From the NCBI GenBank assembly GCA_963718895.1, contig CAVRAG010000008.1, positions 672,001 to 736,000 on the forward strand: a DNA stretch of 64,000 nucleotides. Direction: 5' to 3'. Numbering within the stretch: the first letter of the stretch is position 1; every line of letters begins with the position of its first letter. A model generated the notes under the pieces. That model did not search any database, had not been told where the DNA came from, and saw nothing but the letters and a program-made list of their open reading frames with translations. The stretch is from an uncultured Nitrososphaerota archaeon. Lineage in GTDB: Archaea; Thermoproteota; Nitrososphaeria; Nitrososphaerales; Gagatemarchaeaceae. Of the stretch, positions 9,058-18,419 are shown piece after piece. Both the position numbers and the translations under genes were made by a program.

Positions 9058-12000
9058 TCAGAAAGCCGAGGGCGCCGGTGATAGGCTGGGCTCGGCGCGC
9101 GGCCCGTTCTTCCTGAGCAGCGCGATGGTCGCGACGACAAGGGCCACGACGATTGCGAGAACGAGCACGTACACCAGGTTGGTCAGGGTCCGGAGGTTGT
9201 TCATCATCGAGCTTATCGTGCTCTGGTCAGAGCTCAGCTGAGAGTTGAGGTTCCCAATCGTGCCGTTCGCCGACGACACCTGGGAGGTCAGGGAACCGAT
9301 GGAGCTGTTGACCATCGCAAGCTTGCCCTCGGAGCTGAAGCCGATTGTCGTCGAGGCAGACATTCCGTCCAGCTGCTCTGCGACGACTCGGAGAGAGTGG
9401 ACGCCCACAGAAAGCGATGCCGAGTCCAGCGGGAACGTGTAGGAGGACGAGCCTCCGCTCAGCGTCGTCAGCTGCTTTCCGTCCAAGAAGACCGACACCG
9501 AGGTGATCTGCTGTCCGGTCACCGTGAGACTCCCCACCGTACCGTTGTAGTTCTCGTTCTGCGCAGGCGACTGGACGGAAATTATAGGGATCGAGGGAGA
9601 GATCTGTAGAACTGTCGAATCGTTCAGAGAGACTGTGGAGGCGGTGAGCTTCAGCGAGCCGAGGGTGGTCTGCTGCACCGACAGCTTGCTGTTCTGGGCG
9701 ACTATCGACCCGCCCGAAACCCCGCTGAGGGTGACGGAGGCGTCACTCAGAATCAGCGTTCCCTCGATCTGTGAGGACGATATGGTGAAAGTCCCGCCCT
9801 CGACCGTGGTCGAACCCAGGAAGAGGTCGCCTGTGAGGGTCTGGGAGCCGGAGATCGTGTCGTTCACGAAGGCGGTCTGGGAGGTCTGAGCGAGGGAAGA
9901 AAGGTGCTGGCCGGCGAGGTACAGGTAGGGCTGCACCACGAGACCCTGCTGGGTCGAGATATCTGTCGACGAGGGAACGCCGTCGGCGGAGAGCCCTGAG
10001 ACGAATATCTCGTACGGGCCGCTCAAGTAGAGCGCCCCTGGGTCTATCGACACCGTCCCGCCCGAGTTGTAAGCCGAGGGGAGGGTCACGTTCCCCGACC
10101 AGAGCCCGGTGACGGCGTCATACCAGAGCGGAACCTGTATGGTCTGGGTGAGTGCGTTGTACGAGTTCTGGAGGTCTTTGGGATAGACGGCGGCCGAGTA
10201 CATTCCGTACTTCACACTGCTCCCGTTCGCGTAGTCTATCTTCGCAGAGACTCCAACCACCTGTCCCTCGAAGAGAGTCGGAGAAGATACCGTGATGCTC
10301 GGGCTGGACTCCGAGGGCCCGACGTAGACTTGGCCGAAGTAGTACCCGTCAATGGTCTTGCCCAGCGTGTACGAGTCGAAGGACGAGCGCATAATGACGT
10401 CGTAGAGGCCTGGCGCTGTGCCGCGAGGAACCGTCAATGCGCCCTGAATTCCTTGGACCGTCGAGAGGAAGCTGTTCTCGTAGATCGGCTCGATCGCCAC
10501 TGTCTTCCCGGACTGGCTGACAAGGGAGACGGTGACGTTCGACCCGACCTCGATGTCATAGTAGACCGGGAGACCAGTCTCCAGCGACAGGACATCAGGT
10601 ACGTTTGCCGGCGCGGCCAAGGTCGCGAGGACGAACAGAGACTGGCCGGGAGCGACGACGCCGGGCTCGGCCAAGACCGAGGTCTCGATGAAGGTCGACT
10701 GCATCCCGACCCCGTTTATGAAAGGCAGGTAGCCGTAGACTCCGTCGTTTCCGCTGAAGACCATGGGGCCATCGGCGTAGGCTCCCAGGAGCGTCCCGCT
10801 CCAGAAGCTCCCGATCGCGCCGCTGGTCTTGCCAGCCAGGGTCGCCGCCTTCGCGTAGGTGTTGGAGGCCAACGAGTACGTGGAGGCGGTGAAACTGAAG
10901 GTGGCAGGACCCGCAGGCGTACCGTCAAGGGCCGTGATGTTCGCGACCAGCAGGATGCCGAACTGCGAGTCGTATGGCGCGTCCGGCGAGGGCGTGGTGA
11001 AGTCTGCCAGATAGCCGGTGAAGACACCCGCGAAGCCGGTCCCGGAGACTCCTCCCGAACTCCCGATCACGGTGATGTACGCAAGCCCTGATGCGTTCTG
11101 CGGGGACACTAGCTGACCAACCCAGGACCCGCTCGAGGAGCTGAACGTGAGAGGGACCTTTGCGAGGGTTCCCGTCAGCGTATCCAGCTCTGCGCTGAAG
11201 CTTCCGGTGGAGACCGCCGATGGCCCACTAGCGACGGTCGCGCTCACGGCGAGGGTCGCTCCCGGCATGACATCGGAAGGAGGAAGACCGTTCTCGGTCA
11301 CGGTGACGTTGACCGCCAGGGCCTTCGTGGAGACCGCGCCGAGGCCGTAGTGTGCCATCTCGCCGATGTTGGGGGCGCCCCAACCCGTCGCCATGTTGTA
11401 GCCTGGTTGCGAGACCCATGGGATGATGTATCCGAACGTGATCGGATGGTAGACCTTCGGGTACACCGAGGGGCTCTGGGCGAGGGCGTAGAGGCTGGGG
11501 TTGATCAGGCCAAGCTCCGATCTGGCCGACGCCATGAGCAGCGTGAGCAGTCCAGCTAGGAGGGGTGAGGCCTCGCTCGTTCCTCCGGACACCTCTGTCA
11601 AGTTTCCGGGGACGACCACGGTCACTCCGGGATAGACGTTGGCGTTGAGCGAGAGGTCGGGAACCTCCCTGCCCTGGGCGAACCCGGAGGGGGCCGTGAG
11701 CCCCGCCTGGTACCACGGCAACGGCTCGAGGTCGCTCACGCCACCCGTTCCTCCTCCGTAGTTTACACCGGCGGGGACGAAGCCGTAGTTCGACCACGCC
11801 GTCTGATCGAAGGACGAGACCCGCGACCCGTCGAACGTCAGGTAGGTCGTCGTCCCGCCGACCGCGACGACATAGGGAGAGGTCGAGGGATAGCCCACCG
11901 TGCCCTCCGGCCCGCCGGCGTATCCGCTGCCTCCGACGTCTCCCGTCGACGAGATGAACGTGATGCCCTCTGCGGAGCCGAGCATGTAGTATTGATCAGT

Positions 12001-13134
12001 CAACACGATGTTGAGGTCGAACGAGCTCGCTGTGACGGAGGAGAGCGTGGACTCTGGGAAGCCGAAACTCTGCGAGAGGTCCCCGACCTTGTCCTGGGCA
12101 ACTATCGCCGCGATCGCCGCTGAGAGCGGGAGCGCGCCGTTGGCGACGTAGAGGTCGATGGTCGCCCCGGGGGCCATCGTGTGGGCGGACTCCACGTCCA
12201 GGCTGATCTCAGGCGCCCATCCCTCCGCTGTGCCCAGGCTAGGGTTGTACGCTTCGATCGGAATGACGTTCAGGGGGGAGTTGGGCAGGCCGTACAGCAG
12301 ATCAAAGTAGGCCAGCTGCTGCGCGATATAGGGATCGCCGTAGAAGTCGAGTATCCCAGCGGTGTAGCCCTTCCCGGTGTCCCCCTTCGAGTAGAGCGAG
12401 GTAGCGTTGTAGACGGACTGGAGGTCCGTCAGAGGGTAGGCCTCACCAGGTGCGGTCTGGTTGCTCTCCGAGGACCTCGAGTCGAGGGCCGAGACCATCT
12501 TCTGCGTCACAAGGTCTGGAGGACGGCTGAGAAGGACGGCGGTAACGTTCGAGGCATCGACGTACGCTCCGGGGATGGGGGAGACGCCGGACGCGCTGTA
12601 GTACGAGCTCGTGCCGTTCGAGTACAGCTCGAATCTCAGACCCATGGTCTGAGACACCTGGGACGCGGTTCCCTCGGCCGTGATGATCGAGTCGAGGCTG
12701 CTGCTCATGACCTTGAGGCCTCGCTGCTCGAGGTAGGCGAGGGCCGCTTCGTATTGCGAGGTGGGCAGGAAACTCTGGACCTGGGCCTGTGAGAGGAACT
12801 GGTGGTAGAGTGGCGAGCCTGGCATGGAGATCTGCTGGGTGAGGTACTCGAGAGACTGCACGTTCTGCAGGGGAATCCCCACGGTCACGATCACCGGAGT
12901 CGAGGGTGAGAGAAGACCCGCAGGTCTGTAGCCCGCGAGGAGGGTAGGCTTAACCTGCGCCGGGATGGGAGCAGACAAGGCTCCGGGGCTCGCCGGCGTG
13001 GCCTCGGCGGAGCCGTGCACCGGAATCGAGACTATCAGGGAGAGCGCGAGAAGGAAGACCACCAGCGACGAGAGGAAGAACGCTCGGAGACGCTTCTCGC
13101 CGGGAGGAATCAACGGCGTTTTGAGCCAGGCCAC
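9058..13134 (-). CDS. Membrane-anchored S53 (sedolisin/kumamolisin-family) protease
   Basis: Signal peptide, pro-domain, EISLD (E-x3-D), STGD, GGTSEASP and YNMATGWG motifs, long beta-rich stalk and C-terminal TM. True start may be TTG at 13113, since the TATA box abuts 13134. Confidence 0.92.
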   Translation of the reverse strand: MAWLKTPLIPPGEKRLRAFFLSSLVVFLLALSLIVSIPVHGSAEATPASPGALSAPIPAQVKPTLLAGYRPAGLLSPSTPVIVTVGIPLQNVQSLEYLTQQISMPGSPLYHQFLSQAQVQSFLPTSQYEAALAYLEQRGLKVMSSSLDSIITAEGTASQVSQTMGLRFELYSNGTSSYYSASGVSPIPGAYVDASNVTAVLLSRPPDLVTQKMVSALDSRSSESNQTAPGEAYPLTDLQSVYNATSLYSKGDTGKGYTAGILDFYGDPYIAQQLAYFDLLYGLPNSPLNVIPIEAYNPSLGTAEGWAPEISLDVESAHTMAPGATIDLYVANGALPLSAAIAAIVAQDKVGDLSQSFGFPESTLSSVTASSFDLNIVLTDQYYMLGSAEGITFISSTGDVGGSGYAGGPEGTVGYPSTSPYVVAVGGTTTYLTFDGSRVSSFDQTAWSNYGFVPAGVNYGGGTGGVSDLEPLPWYQAGLTAPSGFAQGREVPDLSLNANVYPGVTVVVPGNLTEVSGGTSEASPLLAGLLTLLMASARSELGLINPSLYALAQSPSVYPKVYHPITFGYIIPWVSQPGYNMATGWGAPNIGEMAHYGLGAVSTKALAVNVTVTENGLPPSDVMPGATLAVSATVASGPSAVSTGSFSAELDTLTGTLAKVPLTFSSSSGSWVGQLVSPQNASGLAYITVIGSSGGVSGTGFAGVFTGYLADFTTPSPDAPYDSQFGILLVANITALDGTPAGPATFSFTASTYSLASNTYAKAATLAGKTSGAIGSFWSGTLLGAYADGPMVFSGNDGVYGYLPFINGVGMQSTFIETSVLAEPGVVAPGQSLFVLATLAAPANVPDVLSLETGLPVYYDIEVGSNVTVSLVSQSGKTVAIEPIYENSFLSTVQGIQGALTVPRGTAPGLYDVIMRSSFDSYTLGKTIDGYYFGQVYVGPSESSPSITVSSPTLFEGQVVGVSAKIDYANGSSVKYGMYSAAVYPKDLQNSYNALTQTIQVPLWYDAVTGLWSGNVTLPSAYNSGGTVSIDPGALYLSGPYEIFVSGLSADGVPSSTDISTQQGLVVQPYLYLAGQHLSSLAQTSQTAFVNDTISGSQTLTGDLFLGSTTVEGGTFTISSSQIEGTLILSDASVTLSGVSGGSIVAQNSKLSVQQTTLGSLKLTASTVSLNDSTVLQISPSIPIISVQSPAQNENYNGTVGSLTVTGQQITSVSVFLDGKQLTTLSGGSSSYTFPLDSASLSVGVHSLRVVAEQLDGMSASTTIGFSSEGKLAMVNSSIGSLTSQVSSANGTIGNLNSQLSSDQSTISSMMNNLRTLTNLVYVLVLAIVVALVVATIALLRKNGPRAEPSLSPAPSAF

Positions 13135-13203
13135 GTTATTTAAGTCTCAGTCCAATTGTCACTTTGCATGACCACGGCACCGGGCCGCTGCAGACCCGGC
13201 TGG

Positions 13204-14394
13204 TCACCCGACGGTCGAGATGTCGTATCTGCTCTTCAGAAGCCTACCCGAACTGAACCGGTTCAGCCCGAAGACCGAGACGTCGTAGTCTGAGAACCGC
13301 CCGTCGATGACGAGCGAGGCCATGAGCCTGCCGAACTCGGGACACAGTTTGAACCCGTGCCCGCTGAGACCAACCAGGCAGTGGACTCCCGGATAGCCAT
13401 AGCCGGAGAGCTCGTCGATGATCGGCTGCTGGTCTGGGGTGTTGTCGTAGAGACCGCTGTACCCGCGCTCGTACTTCCCCCTCGACGCCATGACGGGGTA
13501 GAGCCCCGCCGTCCACTCGGAGTACTTCTGGACCTCTTCGAAAGTCACTCCCTCATTGTAATCGTCGGGGTCAGCGGCGGCGCTTGACGCGTCGAGCTGC
13601 GCCTCCATCGACCCGACAAAGAGCAGGTCTCTCCCCTCGGCCTTGCAGTAGGCTGAACGGGTGAAGTCGAAGACGGCTGGACGGGTCCCCTGGAACTCAT
13701 CTGGGCGCCCGAAGATCGCGACGGGGTGCCTGACCGGCTTGATCGGCACCGTAATCCCCAAGGCTTCGAAGATTGGGCCGGACCAGACTCCCGTGGCGAG
13801 CACGACCTTGCGCGCCTGCACCTCGCCGGCGGTCGTTTGGAGCGAGTACCCGTCGCCGGCCTTGCTGACATTGAGCAGGAAGGTCCCCGTCAGCACTCTG
13901 CCTCCGAGGGTAGCGGCCGCCGCCGCGAACGAGCCCGCAGTCGTGGATGGCTCTGCGTAGCCCATGTGCGGCTCGTAGACGACCGAGCTGAAACGGTCGG
14001 TGTCGAGAAGCGGCTCGATGCGCCTGGCCTCCTCCTTGTCCACGAAGTCCGACGTTATCCCCATCCGCCTGAACATCTCGAGGTTCTCGCGCACCAGCCC
14101 CTCCGAGCGTCCATCGACCCCTATCAGCAGCCCCGTCTCCCGGTATCCGGCGGTGTGTCCGGGGAGGACCTCACCGAAATCTCTGAAGAAGCGGTAGCTG
14201 AGCAGTGCCATCTTCGCGACCACGGGGACGCTGTAGTGGGTCCTGACGAGAGCGGTGGATCGGCTGGTCTGTCCGGAGGCGATCCCCGCCCCCCTCTCGA
14301 TCAGGAGAGGGCTAGGCGAGCCTCGCTTGGCGAGGTGATAGAGGATGCTGGATCCGGTGGAACCCCCTCCGATCACGGCGACCTCTGTTCGCAT
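13204..14394 (-). CDS. FAD-dependent oxidoreductase (sarcosine oxidase beta / DAO family)
   Basis: IGGGSTG, GQTSRS, YDNTPDQQPII and GLSGHGFK motifs. Confidence 0.9.
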   Translation of the reverse strand: MRTEVAVIGGGSTGSSILYHLAKRGSPSPLLIERGAGIASGQTSRSTALVRTHYSVPVVAKMALLSYRFFRDFGEVLPGHTAGYRETGLLIGVDGRSEGLVRENLEMFRRMGITSDFVDKEEARRIEPLLDTDRFSSVVYEPHMGYAEPSTTAGSFAAAAATLGGRVLTGTFLLNVSKAGDGYSLQTTAGEVQARKVVLATGVWSGPIFEALGITVPIKPVRHPVAIFGRPDEFQGTRPAVFDFTRSAYCKAEGRDLLFVGSMEAQLDASSAAADPDDYNEGVTFEEVQKYSEWTAGLYPVMASRGKYERGYSGLYDNTPDQQPIIDELSGYGYPGVHCLVGLSGHGFKLCPEFGRLMASLVIDGRFSDYDVSVFGLNRFSSGRLLKSRYDISTVG

Positions 14395-14404
14395 GCGAGT
14401 CGCT

Positions 14405-15208
14405 CTAGGCGGGTATCGAGGCGGCTCTTGTCTGGTTGAAGATGTCGGAGGCTTCTTTGACGGTTGCGCCCTCGTGGACCAGGGACCTGACCCCCTTTAT
14501 CATCGCGACCGGGTGGTCGTTCTGCCAGATGTTCCTTCCCATGTCGACGCCGATTGCTCCCGCCTGGAGAGCGTCGTATGTGAGCTGGAACGCGTCCACC
14601 TCGGTGTTGAGTTTGGGACCGCCTGCGACGACAAGTGGAACGGGGCAGCCTTCGACCACTTTTGAGAATCCTTCGCAGTAGTACGTCTTGACGATGTGGG
14701 CGCCTATCTCGGCCGCTATCCTGCAGGCGAGGCCCAGGTACCTCGCGTCCCTCTTTTCGAGCTCCTTCCCCACGGCGGTGATCGCGACGACCGGCATCCC
14801 ACGTTCCTCTCCTTCGTCGACAAGCTTAGCGAGGTTCAGGAGGGTCTGCCTCTCGTGGGCGGTTCCGACGAAGATCGAGATCGAGACAGCAGAGGCGTTC
14901 AATCGCAGGGCGTCCTTCATCCGCACGGTTAGTCCCTCGTCGCTGAGGTCGTTCTGGAGCACGCTCGTGCCTCCGGAGACGCGGAGAAGTATGGGGACCT
15001 CCCAGGTGGGGTCGACCGACGTCCTGAGGACGCCCCTGGTGACCGAGAGCGCGTCGGCGTACGGTACGAGGGGCTCGAAGGTCCTCCGGGGGACCTCGAG
15101 CTTGCGCGTCGGACCCATGAAGTAGCCGTGATCGCAGGCGAGCATTACGGTCCGGCCGTCGGAAGGCTTGATCATCCGGGCAAGCCTGTTCTTTAGACCC
15201 CAGTCCAT
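14405..15208 (-). CDS. lsrF: LsrF-like 3-hydroxy-5-phosphonooxypentane-2,4-dione thiolase
   Basis: MDWGLKNRLAR...TVMLACDHGYFMGPT, RIAAEIGAHIVKTYY and AGGPK...GVDMGRNIWQ match the LsrF subfamily of class I aldolases. Confidence 0.88.
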   Translation of the reverse strand: MDWGLKNRLARMIKPSDGRTVMLACDHGYFMGPTRKLEVPRRTFEPLVPYADALSVTRGVLRTSVDPTWEVPILLRVSGGTSVLQNDLSDEGLTVRMKDALRLNASAVSISIFVGTAHERQTLLNLAKLVDEGEERGMPVVAITAVGKELEKRDARYLGLACRIAAEIGAHIVKTYYCEGFSKVVEGCPVPLVVAGGPKLNTEVDAFQLTYDALQAGAIGVDMGRNIWQNDHPVAMIKGVRSLVHEGATVKEASDIFNQTRAASIPA

Positions 15209-15307
15209 CTCTCCAATTACACCCTGGATGCGTTTCCAACGAGTACGTGATATACGTTATGCTTCTCCCATCAACGTTTAAAAAACCGCGGCAGAGAATT
15301 CGAAGCC

Positions 15308-15808
15308 ATGGCAGGGGCCAGAGCGAAGGTTCCACCGGGCATGAAGATCACCCAGGTGGCTGTCGTCGCCAAGGATCTGAGGAAGACGATGGAGAACTAC
15401 CACAGGGTCATGGGATGGAGGCCGTGGAGCGTCTACGAGCACAAGCCTCCGGTGCTCCATCATACCGAGGTGAGGGGAAAGCCCGTCCGCTACACCATGC
15501 TGGGCGCGGAGGTCCACTGCGACCCCATCGACTTTGAGATCCTGCAGCCGGTCGAGGGCCCGAGCATATACAAGGAGTTCCTCAGGGAGAAGGGAGAGGG
15601 CCTACACCACGTCTCGGTCGTGAACCCCGCCGAGGACGTCCACAGGGCTCTCTTGGAATTCAAGAAGGACGGGATAGAGGTCCTGATGAGCGGGAGGCTC
15701 GAGGGCATCGAGTTCTACTACATGGACACGGAACCAGTCCTGAAGATGGTCGCGGAGACGGTCAGCGGCCACGCGATCTCGCTAAAGCCGAGCTATACGT
15801 ATCCCTAG
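15308..15808 (+). CDS. VOC/glyoxalase-family protein (methylmalonyl-CoA epimerase-like fold)
   Basis: QVAVV...FEILQPVEGPSIYKEFLREKGEGLHHVS motif. Confidence 0.85.
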   Translation: MAGARAKVPPGMKITQVAVVAKDLRKTMENYHRVMGWRPWSVYEHKPPVLHHTEVRGKPVRYTMLGAEVHCDPIDFEILQPVEGPSIYKEFLREKGEGLHHVSVVNPAEDVHRALLEFKKDGIEVLMSGRLEGIEFYYMDTEPVLKMVAETVSGHAISLKPSYTYP

Positions 15809-17373
15809 GTCCCGGCGGCGCGCCAGAGCGGTCTCACGAGGCCTTCGTCCACCATGGCCAGGGATCGCTCATAGACCTCGAGCCAGTTTGAGTAGAGGCC
15901 CCGGTAGAGCTCGTAGTTCGTGCGTGAGGGCTCGATCTTCTTCTCGGTTTTTGCGAGGCCGACCGCGGCCTCCTGCACGTCACCGTACCATCCTGCGCCT
16001 TTCCCGGCGCAGATCGCGGTCCCCAACGAGGTGCTCTCTTTGACGACCGGAATCTTCACCTCGACACCCAGGACGTCCGAGACGACCTGCGGCCATAGGC
16101 TCCCCTTGGAAGCGCCTCCCGTTAGGGTGACCTGCCGCGTGCGACCCCTAGTAATCTCCTCTATGATATTCAGGTGGCCCAGGGCCACGTAGGCCGCGGC
16201 CTCCTCGATGGCGCGGACGCACTCCTTCTTGCCCGATCGGCTCGGGTTGCCGACGTCGAACTGCATCAGAGCAGGGGAGGCGTGAATCCAGCGCTTTGAG
16301 TTCATCATGTTGGAGAAGATACCCAGTACGCCCTCCGAGCCAGGCGGGACCGAGCGCGCCGAGTCCTCCATTATGGTGTAGGCGTCGGTCCCGTGGCGCC
16401 TCGCCTCCTCCTTCTCGCTCTGGCAGAACCCGTCCCTGAACCACCTCATCGTCAGGCCGCAGTAGAAGCCTATCCCTTCCATCATCCACTGTCCCGGGAT
16501 AGCGTGGCAGAGGGTCCTGAGCCTCATCTTCCGGTCTATCCGCGCCGTGTCCATCAGCACCGTCGTCTGCCAGAAGCTTCCTCCCACTATCGTGATTCTG
16601 TTCGGACCGCCCGCGCCTATCCCGACGAGCCCCATCTGGGTGTCCCCGCCCCCTGTGACGACGGGAGTCCCAGGGGCCAGGCCGGTCTCGAGGGCTGCCT
16701 TAGGCGTGACTGCGCCAATCTCGTTCCCCGACTCGACCACCTCCGGGAAGATGTCTCTTTCAAGGCTGCAGAGTTCGGCTATCGCGGGAGACCATCTTCT
16801 CCGCTTAAGGTCGAACATCGCCGAGCTCGAGCCCACCGAAGGGTCGGTCACGAACCGACCCGAGAGCCGATAAAGTATCCAGTCACTCAGCATTCCCATG
16901 TGCGCGACCTTCCTGAAGATCTCGGGCCTGTTTCGCTGGATCCAGAGGAACCTCGGAGGGGCGGTTATCGAGACCCAGTCTCCGCTCTCAAAGTAGATCT
17001 TCTCGGCCGCGCCGTCCCTGACCATCATGCGGGCCTCCTCCAAGGCACGGGAATCGACGTTCGGACAGGCCCAGATCTCCCTGCCCCTGGCGTCGTAGAG
17101 GACCATGCCCTCCCTCATACTGCTTGCGCTCACGGCGCCGATCTGAGAAGGTTCAATCGACCCCGCGAACAGCGCCTCCCTGATGCAGTGTGAGATAAGC
17201 TTCCAGTTCCGTCTTGTCTCGAAGACCTGGGACCCCGGAACCCCGGGCACCGGCCGGTGGGTCCACTCGTGCTGTGCTATCGAGAGCTGGTGGCCCAGTC
17301 TGTCGAAGACCGTCGCCCGGCAGCTTCCCGTCCCCGCGTCTATCGCCATTACGTACTGCGGCAAACACGTCAC
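15805..17373 (-). CDS. lsrK: LsrK-like autoinducer-2 (DPD) kinase, FGGY family
   Basis: MAIDAGTGSCR, SSMREGMVLYD...IWACPNVDSRA, GGGDTQ, GGSFWQ, MRWFRDGFCQSEK, GGASKGSLWPQ and C-terminal LWRAAG, all characteristic of LsrK. Confidence 0.85.
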   Translation of the reverse strand: MTCLPQYVMAIDAGTGSCRATVFDRLGHQLSIAQHEWTHRPVPGVPGSQVFETRRNWKLISHCIREALFAGSIEPSQIGAVSASSMREGMVLYDARGREIWACPNVDSRALEEARMMVRDGAAEKIYFESGDWVSITAPPRFLWIQRNRPEIFRKVAHMGMLSDWILYRLSGRFVTDPSVGSSSAMFDLKRRRWSPAIAELCSLERDIFPEVVESGNEIGAVTPKAALETGLAPGTPVVTGGGDTQMGLVGIGAGGPNRITIVGGSFWQTTVLMDTARIDRKMRLRTLCHAIPGQWMMEGIGFYCGLTMRWFRDGFCQSEKEEARRHGTDAYTIMEDSARSVPPGSEGVLGIFSNMMNSKRWIHASPALMQFDVGNPSRSGKKECVRAIEEAAAYVALGHLNIIEEITRGRTRQVTLTGGASKGSLWPQVVSDVLGVEVKIPVVKESTSLGTAICAGKGAGWYGDVQEAAVGLAKTEKKIEPSRTNYELYRGLYSNWLEVYERSLAMVDEGLVRPLWRAAGT

Positions 17374-18413
17374 CTCAGGGTCTCGGGGTTGACGACTGTC
17401 TCGAGCGGTTCGCCCTCCAGGTATCGCTCCACCTGCTTCGCGACTATCATGGCACCCTTGGTCGTTGTCTCGAAGGTCGCCCCGCCGATGTGGGGCATGA
17501 CTATGGTGTTGTCCATCTCGATGAGCGGGTTGACCGGCCTCGACGGGTCATAGCGGACCACGTCCATCCCGGCGCCGGCAAGTCGACCCTCCCTGAGCGC
17601 AGAGCACAGGGCCCCCTCATCCACCATGCTGGGCCTGGAGGTGTTGATGAAGAAGGCCCCTCGCTTCATCATCGAGAACTGTCCCGATCCCATGAGGTTC
17701 TCGTTCTCCTTCGACTCCCGCGCATGAAGGGATACAAAGTCGGACCTTGTGAGCACCTCCTCGAGGCCGGCGACACGCACGCCTTCGGACTCGATCTTCG
17801 ACCTGTCGACGTAGGGGTCGTAGACCAGCACCGCCATCCCGAACCCTATGGCCCGCTTGGCTACCCGGGAGCCGACCCTGCCGAACCCGATCAGACCGAG
17901 TGTCTTCCCATCCAGCTCGTGCCCGAAGAACTGGTTCCCCTCGTAGTTGTCTTTCCCCGCAACCCGGGTCGTTCTCACATGCGTATAGGCGCGGACGAGG
18001 TTCCGAGAGAGCATGACCATGAGGGCGACGGTGAGCTCCGCCACTGCCTCGGCGTTCTTCCCCGGAGCGGTGATGACCGGGATGCGCCTCGCGCTGGCTG
18101 CCGCCACGTCGACGTTCACGGGTCCACCGCGGGCGCAGCAGAGTACCTTCAGGTTCCTTCCTGCGGCGAGGACCTCCTCCGAGACCGGCGCGCCGTGCAC
18201 GACGAGGACCTCGGCGTCACCAACCTCCGAGATGAGCTGGCGGTTGGATCCGAGATACTCTCGCAACGACTTCTCGGAGGCGCTCCCAGGCACGAGCTTC
18301 TCGTCCTCGTCGAGTTTCAGGAACCTGACCTCGTTGGCCTTCGCTATCCCCTCGAAAGCCTCCCTGAAGTAGTCCAGCGTGATGAAGCTGTCCCCGACGA
18401 TGAGCATCCTCAA
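17370..18413 (-). CDS. D-isomer-specific 2-hydroxyacid dehydrogenase
   Basis: ARGGPVNVD, PGKNAEAVAE, GFGRVG, INTSR and PHIGG motifs; 4-nt overlap with lsrK. Confidence 0.9.
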   Translation of the reverse strand: MRMLIVGDSFITLDYFREAFEGIAKANEVRFLKLDEDEKLVPGSASEKSLREYLGSNRQLISEVGDAEVLVVHGAPVSEEVLAAGRNLKVLCCARGGPVNVDVAAASARRIPVITAPGKNAEAVAELTVALMVMLSRNLVRAYTHVRTTRVAGKDNYEGNQFFGHELDGKTLGLIGFGRVGSRVAKRAIGFGMAVLVYDPYVDRSKIESEGVRVAGLEEVLTRSDFVSLHARESKENENLMGSGQFSMMKRGAFFINTSRPSMVDEGALCSALREGRLAGAGMDVVRYDPSRPVNPLIEMDNTIVMPHIGGATFETTTKGAMIVAKQVERYLEGEPLETVVNPETLR

Positions 18414-18419
18414 GGAGCC

